Shown: piece after piece, positions 20,104 through 31,546 of the stretch
How positions within the stretch are numbered: the stretch's first letter is position 1
Layout: every line of letters starts with the position of its first letter
NCBI GenBank assembly: GCA_965225945.1
Contig: CBDDBZ010000028.1
Span: 32,001-96,000 of the forward strand
DNA from: Alphaproteobacteria bacterium
GTDB taxonomy: Bacteria > Pseudomonadota > Alphaproteobacteria > GCA-2731375
Direction: 5' to 3'
Length of the DNA stretch: 64,000 nt
Translations under genes and position numbers: made by a program
Notes under the pieces: model-generated
The model's input: the letters and a program-made list of their open reading frames with translations, nothing else
The model's database searches: none
Told to the model about the DNA's origin: nothing

Positions 20104-20669
20104 CTGGGAGTGAGAGCCGGAAAAAGCCACTTAATCAACGGGCTGTCCAGGGTCAGCCGCATGTCGAGCACCCACTCCGGTGCCAACCAGTCCAGCATGT
20201 CGGCCCCCTCGGCCATCAACGGCGTCGCCATTGCCTGCCTGAGCCAATTCGGATGGGCCTGCGGCGGCTGCAGAATTCCGGCGAGCAGATAGGCCACCGA
20301 GAGGATGAAGCCGCCGCGCAACAAGCCCAGGAAAAAGCCGAAGATTCGATTGATGACACCGACGTCATCGTGCTCGAACCAACGCCCGACGAAATAGGCC
20401 GCGAGCAAAAAAGCTGCAAGCAGCGAAACGAGCAGCGATACGTCGAGAATGACATCATCGAGCGCGGTCGGTGGCGAGCCGGGACCGCCGGAAGGCTCCA
20501 TGATCGGGAAGATCAGCGCGCAGAGCCCGATGGCGAGGAGCCAAGCAGCGAGCGAGAGCACCGCCCCGACCAAGCCGGCCTTGGCGCTCAAGACCGCCGA
20601 CAACACCAGGAACGCCGCAACGGCGAGGTCGAGGTAGATCGCCTCCTGGTAAATTCCGCTTCCTTCCAT
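20100..20669 (-). CDS. CvpA (colicin V production) family membrane protein
   Basis: D.AVAAFLVLSA.LS..AGLV..VLSLAAW; NRIFGFFLGLLRG; W...A...PLM. Confidence 0.8.
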   Translation of the reverse strand: MEGSGIYQEAIYLDLAVAAFLVLSAVLSAKAGLVGAVLSLAAWLLAIGLCALIFPIMEPSGGPGSPPTALDDVILDVSLLVSLLAAFLLAAYFVGRWFEHDDVGVINRIFGFFLGLLRGGFILSVAYLLAGILQPPQAHPNWLRQAMATPLMAEGADMLDWLAPEWVLDMRLTLDSPLIKWLFPALTPR

Positions 20670-20727
20670 CGCCCCTCAGCCGAATTTCTCCCCAGACGAC
20701 CGCCCCCTTGCCGGGTGGTTAGCATAA

Positions 20728-21730
20728 GGCTCAATTCGTGAATTGTATGCATTAGTGATAGAGTGCCTGGAACGTCAGGAGGTTGGGTTATGGACGGCAA
20801 GGGTTTCCAGGTGTGGCTTTCGGCGGCGCGCGGGCTGACGCGCGCGCAGCGGCGCGAGGCGCTCGCGGTGCTGTCGGGCCGGAGCGAGGGCGAGGCATCG
20901 AAGGCCGCGATCGAGCTTGGTGTGGACGAGGCCCGGCGCTGTCCGCACTGCGTGAGCGAAGGGGCGGTTTCGCGCGGTATGGCGCGGGGTCTGCGGCGCT
21001 ACCAGTGCAAGGGCTGCGGCAGGACCTTCAACGCGCTGAGCGGTACGCCGCTGTCGGGCTTGCACCACAAGGAACGCTGGCTGTCGTTCGGGGCGTCGCT
21101 CAGGCCTCGGCGGCGCGCTGCGACGTGGCGGTGAGCACGGCGTTCCGCTGGCGTCACCGGTTTCTGGCGGCGGCGCGGAGCGATTCGAGGTGCTCAAGGG
21201 GATCGTGGAAGCGGACGAGACCTACGTCCTGGAGAGCCGGAAGGGCGCGCGCGGGCTGGGGCGCAAGGCACGGCGGCGGGGCGGCAAGGCGAAGAAGCGC
21301 GGCCTCTCGCGCGAGCAGGTACCGGTTCTCATGGCGGCGGACCGGAGCGGAACGACGGTCAGCGCGGTGCTGCCCAGGGTCGATGCGGCGGCGCTCACGG
21401 CTGCCCTCGACCCGGTGGTCGCGAAACGCCCTGCTGGTCTCCGACGGCGGCGCGAGCTACCCACCGTGCGCCGCCGCGCTCGGGGTGAGCCACGAAGCAC
21501 TCAACCGCTCGATGGGGGAACGGGTTCGGGGCGATCTGCATGTGCAGACGGTGAACAGCCGCCACAGCCGGTTGAAGGACTTCCTGCGTCCCCGCCGCGG
21601 CATCGCCACCCGCTATCTGGACAACTACCTGAGCTGGTTCCACCTCGTCGGCCTCGCCCCCGGCGCCAATGACCGAGCCTGCCTCGCCGCCGCCGTAACA
21701 AGGTGACGCATACAATTCACGAATTGAGCC
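20728..21730 (+). mobile_element. IS1595-family insertion sequence, both ends present
   Basis: Perfect 23-bp TIR GGCTCAATTCGTGAATTGTATGC; 8-bp TSD TAGCATAA at 20720-20727 and 21731-21738. Confidence 0.93.
20790..21706 (+). pseudogene. IS1595-family (ISXO2-like) transposase, frameshifted
   Basis: Zn ribbon CPHC...YQCKGC; GIVEADETY; HVQTVNSRHSRLK.FL...RGIATRYL.NYL. Spread over three frames; about 20 bp are missing relative to the copy at 57273-57833. Confidence 0.85.
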
Positions 21731-21774
21731 TAGCATAATGGGTATCCGGCCGCGCAATTCCGCCGGAATGGTTG

Positions 21775-22149
21775 TCAGTCGAACTTGAATTGCGCACCGA
21801 AGACGACTGCCACCACCCCCAGGGCGGTGGCGGCGGCGAGGGCATACATCACGACCACGGCGGCGCCCAGAAACACCATGTTCTTCATGGTCTTGATCGG
21901 ATGGATCTTTCGGTCCTGATCACGGCGGTCGGGATCGCGCCGATTTGGGCCGGCGACCAGGGTAATGAAAAGGTGCTGGAAGCTGGCGCGTATGTCGACA
22001 GGGTGATCGCGCCATGGCCTTGTTTCGGTGATCACCCGACGCAGCCTCGCCAACTGATCTTCCGACAAAGCATCGATGATGTCGCGTGGCAGCCGTTCCG
22101 TCACGTCCTTGGCGTGTAGCTCGTCGCGACTGGCTTCTTCCCTCGCCAT
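21775..22149 (-). CDS. Conserved hypothetical protein with a C-terminal transmembrane segment
   Basis: WRDHPVDIRASF..LFITLVAG.NRR motif followed by a hydrophobic helix. Confidence 0.65.
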   Translation of the reverse strand: MAREEASRDELHAKDVTERLPRDIIDALSEDQLARLRRVITETRPWRDHPVDIRASFQHLFITLVAGPNRRDPDRRDQDRKIHPIKTMKNMVFLGAAVVVMYALAAATALGVVAVVFGAQFKFD

Positions 22150-22296
22150 GAGCCGTCCCCGTTGCCGCACCCGCAATCTTCTTAATCGATATTTCCCAGA
22201 TGACAGCCGGTTCTCGGTATCAGAGTAACCATTTGGGCTCTCGACAGCAATCTGGAGGCCGACGGAAGAGTGGCGTCAGATCTTGGAGGCCCAGGG

Positions 22297-22523
22297 TCAG
22301 GTCTTGAATGTTGAATTGGCTCGGGCTTCCCAGGCCTCGATGATCTTGCCGGCGGAGGAATAGGGCAGCCCCGCCTCGTCGGCGATCCGGCGCATGGTAT
22401 CGCCATGGTCGCGATACGCCCGCGCCATCCCTTCCGCGCATCGAGCGCCGTGCCGAGCGCGTTGCCGCGGCCGGTCACATGATGGAGCGCGCCCGGAAAC
22501 TCGATGCGGAGCGGTCTCGACGT
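22297..22523 (-). pseudogene. Internally deleted REP-associated tyrosine transposase (RAYT-like) remnant
   Basis: N-terminal (T)SRPLRIEFPGALHHVTGRGNA with the start mutated to ACG, joined out of frame to a C-terminal HTH (AYRDHGDTMRRIADEAGLPYSSAGKII) ending in TCAAGACCTGACCC. Confidence 0.75.
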
Positions 22524-22557
22524 GCCTCGCCACGATAGCGCGCGGGCCGGAGACGAC

Positions 22558-22595
22558 AAAAAATTCGAGCCGCGAGGGGGGATTCGCGGCTCGAA
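22558..22595 (-). terminator. Rho-independent terminator
   Basis: TTCGAGCCGCGA-ATCCCCCC-TCGCGGCTCGAA-TTTTTT on the minus strand. Confidence 0.85.
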
Positions 22596-22673
22596 GTACA
22601 GGGAGGCGTCAACAAACTGGATTAGATCCAGTGATCAAACCGTGGCAGTCAAACCATAGCGTCGGCCTGATCG
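22558..22673 (-). ncRNA. Candidate small RNA (alpha-r8/suhB/MmgR-like layout)
   Basis: Minus strand: CtrA box, then TATCAT -10 (22680-22685), about 115 nt with no ORF, GCCUCCCUGUACUU anti-SD motif, 12-bp GC stem and U-run. Confidence 0.6.
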
Positions 22674-22696
22674 AGTGTGATGATAGGGCGCAATCG

Positions 22697-22712
22697 TTAA
22701 TCAACCGTTAAC
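22697..22712. promoter_or_regulatory. CtrA binding site
   Basis: TTAA-TCAACCG-TTAAC, an exact TTAA-N7-TTAA(C) match in a GC-rich window. Confidence 0.8.
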
Positions 22713-22751
22713 GACGAGAAGAAATTTCGGACGCCCGCGCGGGTCGCACCA

Positions 22752-22931
22752 TCAGCTCTTGAAGAACGATTCGGCCGTGCCCCGATGCGAGGTCTTGGCG
22801 CCGATCATCTCGCGCGCACGGGCAATCTCGCCCTCGAGGTCGGCGATATAGGCCTCGAGCTCCGCGATCCCCATGATTTCCAGGTTGGGCCGCTCCAGTT
22901 GCGGCCGGCGTACCTCTTCCTCGTCCATCAT
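22752..22931 (-). CDS. DUF1192 family small protein
   Basis: Manual translation MMDEEEVRRPQLERPNLEIMGIAELEAYIADLEGEIARAREMIGAKTSHRGTAESFFKS; divergent from the quinone oxidoreductase, as is usual in alphaproteobacteria. Confidence 0.85.
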   Translation of the reverse strand: MMDEEEVRRPQLERPNLEIMGIAELEAYIADLEGEIARAREMIGAKTSHRGTAESFFKS

Positions 22932-23029
22932 CGCGCCCCATTCCGCGGGATTGCCATCCCCGCTCCAACATACTAGACGATCCGGCGTTTCCGAATTGCC
23001 TTGAACCCCCCTGCGAGGACCCCCGAGCG

Positions 23030-24031
23030 ATGACCCGACTTCCCGAAACCATGACTGCCATCGAGATCACCAAGCCCGGCGCGCCGGAGGTCCTGAAGCC
23101 GACCACCCGGCCGGTGCCGGTCGCGGGGCCGGGCGAGGTGCTGATCAGGGTCGCCGCGGCCGGCGTCAACCGGCCCGACGTCGCCCAGCGCGAGGGCAAC
23201 TACGCACCCCCGCCGGGCGTCACCGATATCCCGGGCTTGGAGATCGCCGGCGAGATCGTCGCGCTCGGCGAGGGCGTCGACGACTGGCGCATCGGCGAGT
23301 GCGCCTGCGCCCTGGTCGCGGGCGGCGGCTATGCCGAATATTGCCCCGCGCCGGCGGCGCAGTGCCTGGCGGTGCCGAAAGGCCTGGACCTGGTCCAGGC
23401 GGCGGCGCTGCCGGAGACCTTCATGACGGTGTGGACCAACGTCTTCCAACGCGGCCGACTGCAAGCCGGCGAATGGGTGCTGATTCATGGCGGCTCCAGC
23501 GGGATCGGCACCACGGCGATCCAACTCGCCCACGCCTTCGGCGCCCGCGTGCTGGCGACCGCCGGCACGGGCGAGAAATGCCGGGTTTGCGCCGAACTCG
23601 GCGCGGTGCGCGCGATCAACTACCGGGAAGAGGATTTCGTGGCGATCGCCAAGCAGGCGACCGGCGGCAAGGGCGTCGATGTGATCCTCGACATGGTGGG
23701 TGGCGAATACATCCAGCGCAACCTCTCGGCGCTGGCGCTCGAGGGCCGGCTGGTGCAGATCGCCTTCCTCGAGAGCCCCAGGGTCGCCTCGATGAACTTC
23801 ATGCCGTTGATGTTGAAGCGACTGACCATTACCGGCTCGACGCTCAGGCCCCGCACGGTCGAAGAGAAGGGGAAAATCGCGGCCGAGTTGCGCGAGAAGG
23901 TTTGGCCGCTGATCGAGGCGGGCGAGATCGCCCCGGTGATGGACTCGAGCTATCCGCTGGCCGAGGCGAGCGCCGCGCACGCGCGCATGGAATCGAGCCT
24001 CCACATCGGCAAGATCATGCTCACCACCTAG
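23030..24031 (+). CDS. NAD(P)H-quinone oxidoreductase (PIG3-like, MDR family)
   Basis: AAGVNRPD..QR.G.Y..PPG, LIHGGSSGIGTTAIQ, TGSTLRPR, HIGKI. Confidence 0.92.
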   Translation: MTRLPETMTAIEITKPGAPEVLKPTTRPVPVAGPGEVLIRVAAAGVNRPDVAQREGNYAPPPGVTDIPGLEIAGEIVALGEGVDDWRIGECACALVAGGGYAEYCPAPAAQCLAVPKGLDLVQAAALPETFMTVWTNVFQRGRLQAGEWVLIHGGSSGIGTTAIQLAHAFGARVLATAGTGEKCRVCAELGAVRAINYREEDFVAIAKQATGGKGVDVILDMVGGEYIQRNLSALALEGRLVQIAFLESPRVASMNFMPLMLKRLTITGSTLRPRTVEEKGKIAAELREKVWPLIEAGEIAPVMDSSYPLAEASAAHARMESSLHIGKIMLTT

Positions 24032-24102
24032 AGCATGATCCGACGGCGCGATAAGCCTGCCAATGACGGTGAATGTCGTCATTCGAAGAGCCGAATGAAG
24101 GC

Positions 24103-24504
24103 TCAGCCTATGGCGGCGAGCAGGTCTTCCAGGTGCCGCGCGCGGGCTTCCGCCTTGAGCCGGGCCTCGTCGTCCTTGGCGTCCTCGATGTCCTCGCGGG
24201 CGTCCTGGATCCGCTGTTCCAGGCCCGCGCGGTCGAGTTCGGCCACGGGGATCGCCTCGTCGGCCAGGACCACGAGCTTGTCGCGGGCCACCTCCAGGAC
24301 GCCGCCGGCGACGAAGATCCGCTCGGCGCCGGATTCGCTTCCCCCGACCTCGATCACGCCGGGTCTGAGGGTGGCGATCATCGGCGCGTGACCGGGCAGG
24401 ATGCCCATGTCGCCCTCGGCGCCGGGCAGCGACACCATCGCCGCCTCGACCGCAAGCAGCAGCCGTTCCGGCGAGACCAGCTCGAAGGCCAGCATGTCGG
24501 CCAT
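24103..24504 (-). CDS. atpC: F1 ATP synthase epsilon subunit
   Basis: FELVSPERLL, PGAEGDMGILPGHAPMI.TLRPG; follows atpD. Confidence 0.95.
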   Translation of the reverse strand: MADMLAFELVSPERLLLAVEAAMVSLPGAEGDMGILPGHAPMIATLRPGVIEVGGSESGAERIFVAGGVLEVARDKLVVLADEAIPVAELDRAGLEQRIQDAREDIEDAKDDEARLKAEARARHLEDLLAAIG

Positions 24505-24535
24505 CCTCCTCCTCCGCTTTCCGCTTTCCGCGCGC

Positions 24536-25990
<1,455 letters not shown>

Positions 25991-25993
25991 CTA

Positions 25994-26276
25994 GTGGATA
26001 GAATCCAACATATGGTACCCCTAAACGATCCCATATCCTGGTTTCTCGCCAGGAGGGCGCCCGCCGGCGATGCCGGGGCATCGTCAAGGGTGCCCGACGC
26101 CCCGAGAAGCCAGGATTTGGGAGAAGCCAGGATATGGGACCCGAAGGGCGGCTTCCCGAGCCCGCCGGAGGCGTTGCCCGGCGCTTGTGATGCGCCCCCA
26201 TCACGGCGCACCGGGCGCCTTTCCGGACGAGCTCGGGAAACCGTCGTAGGGGTGCCATATGTTGGATTCTATCCAC
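25994..26276. mobile_element. MITE copy 1 (283 bp) between atpG and atpD
   Basis: TIRs GTGGATAGAATCCAACATATGGTACCCCT / AGGGGTGCCATATGTTGGATTCTATCCAC; CTA flank on the left; near-identical to 31243-31506; internal 17-bp duplication at 26104-26137. Confidence 0.85.
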
Positions 26277-27177
26277 TGAGGGCTTCCGCGCCGGAGACGA
26301 TTTCGATCAACTCCCTGGTGATCATCGCCTGGCGCGTTCGGTTGTATTGCAAACTGAGCTTGTCGATCATATCGCCCGCGTTGCGGGTCGCGTTGTCCAT
26401 CGCCGTCATCCGCGCCGCCTGCTCGGCGGCGCCGCTCTCCAGCATCGCCTTGAAGATCTGGACGGCGAGGTTGCGCGGCAACAGATCGGCCAGCAACTCG
26501 GTCTCTTCCGGCTCATACTCGTAGATCGCGCCACCGAGATCAGGGGCCCCCGCCTCGCTCTCGTCGTCACGCGCGCCCTCCGGCGCCAGCAGCGGGATCA
26601 ACTGCCGCACGTTCAGCTCCTGGCTGATGACGCTCTTGAAGGCATTGAAGATGATGGTGCAGACGTCGAACTCGCCGGCCTCGAAGCGGCCGATGACGCC
26701 CTGGGCGATCTCGTTGGCGCGCGCGTAGCTCGGCGTCCGCATCTCCCGGAGCGTGATGTAGTCGACGATGATCGCCTCGAACTCGCGACGCAGGGTGTCG
26801 TTGCCCTTCTTGCCGACCAGCAGCAGCTCGACCTGCTTGCCCGCCTCCCTGAGCTCGCCGATCAGGCGCCGGGCCCGGCGCGTTACCTGGGAATTGAAGG
26901 CACCACAGAGGCCGCGCTCCGCTGTCATCACCACGACCAGATGCACCGCGTCGCGACCGCTGCCGACCATCAGCGGCGGCGCCCCCTCGAGGCTCGCGAG
27001 GTTGGCGGCGACGGAGCCCAGCAGACGCGCCATGCGCTCGGAATAGGGTCGCGCCTGCTCCGCCGATTCCTGCGCCCGGCGCAGCTTGGCGGCGGAGACC
27101 ATCTGCATCGCGCGGGTGATCTTCTGCGTCGACTTGACGCTGGTGATCCGGTTGCGCAGGTCCTTGAGGTTGGCCAT
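26269..27177 (-). CDS. atpG: F1 ATP synthase gamma subunit
   Basis: RITSVKSTQKITRAMQMVSAAK, ERGLCGAFN, ARMTAMDNAT.NA, RQAMITRELIEIVSGAEAL. Confidence 0.98.
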   Translation of the reverse strand: MANLKDLRNRITSVKSTQKITRAMQMVSAAKLRRAQESAEQARPYSERMARLLGSVAANLASLEGAPPLMVGSGRDAVHLVVVMTAERGLCGAFNSQVTRRARRLIGELREAGKQVELLLVGKKGNDTLRREFEAIIVDYITLREMRTPSYARANEIAQGVIGRFEAGEFDVCTIIFNAFKSVISQELNVRQLIPLLAPEGARDDESEAGAPDLGGAIYEYEPEETELLADLLPRNLAVQIFKAMLESGAAEQAARMTAMDNATRNAGDMIDKLSLQYNRTRQAMITRELIEIVSGAEALSG

Positions 27178-27213
27178 GGCGGTTCGGCGCCTCTATTCGC
27201 GTCCCACGCCGGC

Positions 27214-28742
<1,529 letters not shown>

Positions 28743-28743
<1 letters not shown>

Positions 28744-29303
28744 CACTCAACCCCTTTCATGGCGAAACGAAGATTCCGCAGCTTGGTGCGGAGGGAGGAA
28801 TCGATCATCCGCGAGCCGATCTTGACGATCAGCCCGCCGAGGATGTTCGGGTCGACGCGCGCCGCCACCGAAACCTCGGTCCGCATCGCCGCCGTGAGCT
28901 CGGTCCTGACGGCGGCCGTTTGGCCCTCGTCGAGCGGCCAGGCGCTGGTGACCTCGGCCACCACCTCCCCCCGGTGGCGAGACAGGAGGCGCTGGAAGCC
29001 CAGCGCCATGCCGTCGAGCGCGAAGAGCCGGCGGTTGCCGGCGACCACGCCGACGAAATTGGCGACCAGCGTGCCGACGCCGAGCGCGGCCAAAACAGCG
29101 GCCATGGCCGTGCTCTGGGTCTTGGCGTCGTAGATCGGGTTGCTCACCAGGCGGCGGAGATCGGCGCTTTCGGCGATCGCGGCGCGGATCGTCGCCACGT
29201 CGCCCGCGACCGCGTCCAGCCCGTCCTGGTCACGCGCAAGCTCGAACAGCGCCGTCGCGTAACGTCCGGCGATGTCCGATACCAGAGTCGTTGCCGTGGC
29301 CAC
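28743..29303 (-). CDS. atpH: F1 ATP synthase delta subunit
   Basis: [35 protein letters not shown]. Confidence 0.96.
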
Positions 29304-29423
29304 CCGCGGATCGCCCCCACCTTGGTCGGTCGGCCACCGGCCGTCGACATCTAAACTATTGTTCCGCTTGTAAAAAACAACGTCGAGATGGCCGACCCGC
29401 CGCCCCTCCGGCGGCGCGCGGGC

Positions 29424-29452
29424 TATCTAGCATGGTCCATCGGGGCGTGCAA
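29424..29452 (-). promoter_or_regulatory. Putative sigma70 promoter of atpHAGDC
   Basis: TTGCAC-N17-TAGATA with TG at the extended -10 position. Confidence 0.55.
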
Positions 29453-29546
29453 GGCGACTTGGGCGCGGCCCTCGACATCCGCGCGCGACGCGCGCCGGCC
29501 AGCCTGCTTATCGAGGGACGCGCGCCTTCGAGCGGCGGCGGAAGGC

Positions 29547-30362
29547 TCAAAGCGCCGCCAGTTCGGCGTTCCGCAGGTCGGTCACCAGCATGCAGGCCGG
29601 CTTGTGGGTGATGCAGATCGGCGGCTTGGCCTGCTCCACCACCGATTGCGGCGTGACGCCGCAGGCCCAGAAGACCGGGATCTCGTCGTCCCGGATATCG
29701 GGCGTGCCGCACTGCCAGGACTGATTGACGTCGTCGATGCCGATCAGATCCGGCCGGCCGATGTGCACCGGCGCGCCGTGGACGCCGGGGAAGCGCGTGG
29801 TGATCTGGATCGCGCGAATCGCATCCGCCGGCGAGAACGGCCGCATCGACACCACGAGCTTACCTGCGAAGCGTCCCGCCGGCTTGCAGTCGATGTCGGT
29901 GAGGTAGATCGGCACGTTCTCGCGGTTGTCGAAATGACGCAGCGGCAGGCCGCCTTCGATCAGCGCCTCCTCGAAGGAGAGCGAGCAGCCCATCGCGAAG
30001 GTCACCATGTCGTCCCGCCAGAGCTGGCGAATATCGCTCACGTCCTCGACGAATTGGCCGTCGCGAAAAATCCGGTATTGCGGCACGTCGGTGCGGATGT
30101 CGATGTCCTCGCCCAGCTCCGGCAGCGCCGGATCGCCCGGCGCCGACATCGCCAGAAGCGGACAGGGCCGGGGATTGCGCTGACAGAAGGTTTGGAACTC
30201 GTACGCGTAGTCGAGCGGCAGGATGCAGATGTTGGTATGCACATAGCCCGGCACCTGGCCGACGGTGTAATGCTCGAAGTCGCCCTCCCGGATCGCCCGG
30301 CGCAGGTCGCGCGGCTGGTCGAAAAAGGGAATTTCGTTGCCCTCGACGGCGGCAATAGACAT
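29547..30362 (-). CDS. DUF1445 putative hydro-lyase (D-glutamate cyclase-like)
   Basis: FCQRNPRPCPLL, DIRTDVPQYR, GCSLSFEEAL, HGAPVHIG, VFWACGVTPQ, ITHKP.CMLVTD. Confidence 0.88.
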   Translation of the reverse strand: MSIAAVEGNEIPFFDQPRDLRRAIREGDFEHYTVGQVPGYVHTNICILPLDYAYEFQTFCQRNPRPCPLLAMSAPGDPALPELGEDIDIRTDVPQYRIFRDGQFVEDVSDIRQLWRDDMVTFAMGCSLSFEEALIEGGLPLRHFDNRENVPIYLTDIDCKPAGRFAGKLVVSMRPFSPADAIRAIQITTRFPGVHGAPVHIGRPDLIGIDDVNQSWQCGTPDIRDDEIPVFWACGVTPQSVVEQAKPPICITHKPACMLVTDLRNAELAAL

Positions 30363-30387
30363 TTTCGTCGCTCCTTCTCGCCTGGGC

Positions 30388-31152
30388 TCAGCTTCCGGCG
30401 TGGATCTCGGCCCAGTATTCGTGTGTCAGGGAATCGATCATGGCGTCGTGGCGCAGGCGAAGACAGACCCGCACGGCCTCGCCGCTCGCGTGGCTCATGG
30501 TAAGGGCGCAATCATCGAAGGCGGCCCGGGCCAGCGCCAGGCCCTGGGCGTCCGCCCCGGCGAAGGGCCGCGCGACGACACGAGCCCAGATGGCCTGGGC
30601 GCGCTTCGGCAGGCCGCCGGCGGACATCGCGTTGATCAACGCGTTGGTGGCGCCGAGGGCGACGAATCGCGGCCCTTGCTCCACCACCCGGCGGCCGATC
30701 GCCCGGAGCGCGCCGGTGCTCCGCGCGACCGCGTCCATGTCGTCCTCGCCCCTCGGCACCAGGGAGACCTCGGGCCCGACCTCGATCCAGGCGGCGCGCG
30801 CGCCCTCCCGTTCCAGGGTCGCGCTCGGAACCCGGACAGCCACGGCGGCGAAGCTGCGGGCGCTCCGAAACGTGACCAGGCCCTCGACCCCGAGGCGGCG
30901 GACCGTGCCGTCGCCGCGCCGGAGCACGAGCGTCACCCGGCCGGCGCCGGCGAGGTCGTAGGCGGTGCCCCGGCGCGGCGCCACTCGGCCTTGCTGTAGG
31001 CAAAACGCCGTGAGCTCGGCCCGGCAGCTCTCGCCGGCGCACACCAACGCCACCGGCATCGAGGTTTGCACCAGAGCCAGGATTTGCGGCGAGGCCGCCA
31101 GCGCGCCCGTCGACGAGGCGGCGAGGAGGAGCGCCCATATGAACTGCCGCAT
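30388..31152 (-). CDS. Secreted Cys-containing hypothetical protein
   Basis: Signal peptide MRQFIWALLLAASSTGALA; C..ESC.AEL.AFCLQ..R..P..GTAY motif; C-terminal C...C. Confidence 0.65.
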   Translation of the reverse strand: MRQFIWALLLAASSTGALAASPQILALVQTSMPVALVCAGESCRAELTAFCLQQGRVAPRRGTAYDLAGAGRVTLVLRRGDGTVRRLGVEGLVTFRSARSFAAVAVRVPSATLEREGARAAWIEVGPEVSLVPRGEDDMDAVARSTGALRAIGRRVVEQGPRFVALGATNALINAMSAGGLPKRAQAIWARVVARPFAGADAQGLALARAAFDDCALTMSHASGEAVRVCLRLRHDAMIDSLTHEYWAEIHAGS

Positions 31153-31242
31153 CGTTTTTCCTCTCGTCGTCGCGAGACCGCGGCGCTTGCCGTCGGAGCC
31201 ATAATTGCGCCCAAATACGGCTCTAGGGCATGATCCGACCTG

Positions 31243-31506
31243 GTGGATAGAATCCAACATATGGTACCCCTACGATCCCATATCCTGGTTTCTCGGCAGG
31301 AGGGCGCCCGTCGGCGATGCCGGCACATCGTCAAGGGTGCCCGACGCCCCGAGAAGCCAGGATATGGGACCCGAAGGGCGGCTTCCCGAGCCCGCCGGAC
31401 GCGTTGCCCGGCGCTTGTGATGCGCCAGCATCACGGCGCACCGGGCGCCTTTCCGGACGAACTCGGGAAACCGTCGTAGGGGTACCATATGTTGGATTCT
31501 ATCCAC
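31243..31506. mobile_element. MITE copy 2 (264 bp)
   Basis: Perfect 33-bp TIR GTGGATAGAATCCAACATATGGTACCCCTACGA; TAG flank on the right; lies between divergent genes. Confidence 0.88.
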
Positions 31507-31546
31507 TAGGTAATGATTCTGCCGCTCTCCGTCGCGAGGCGTCAAC

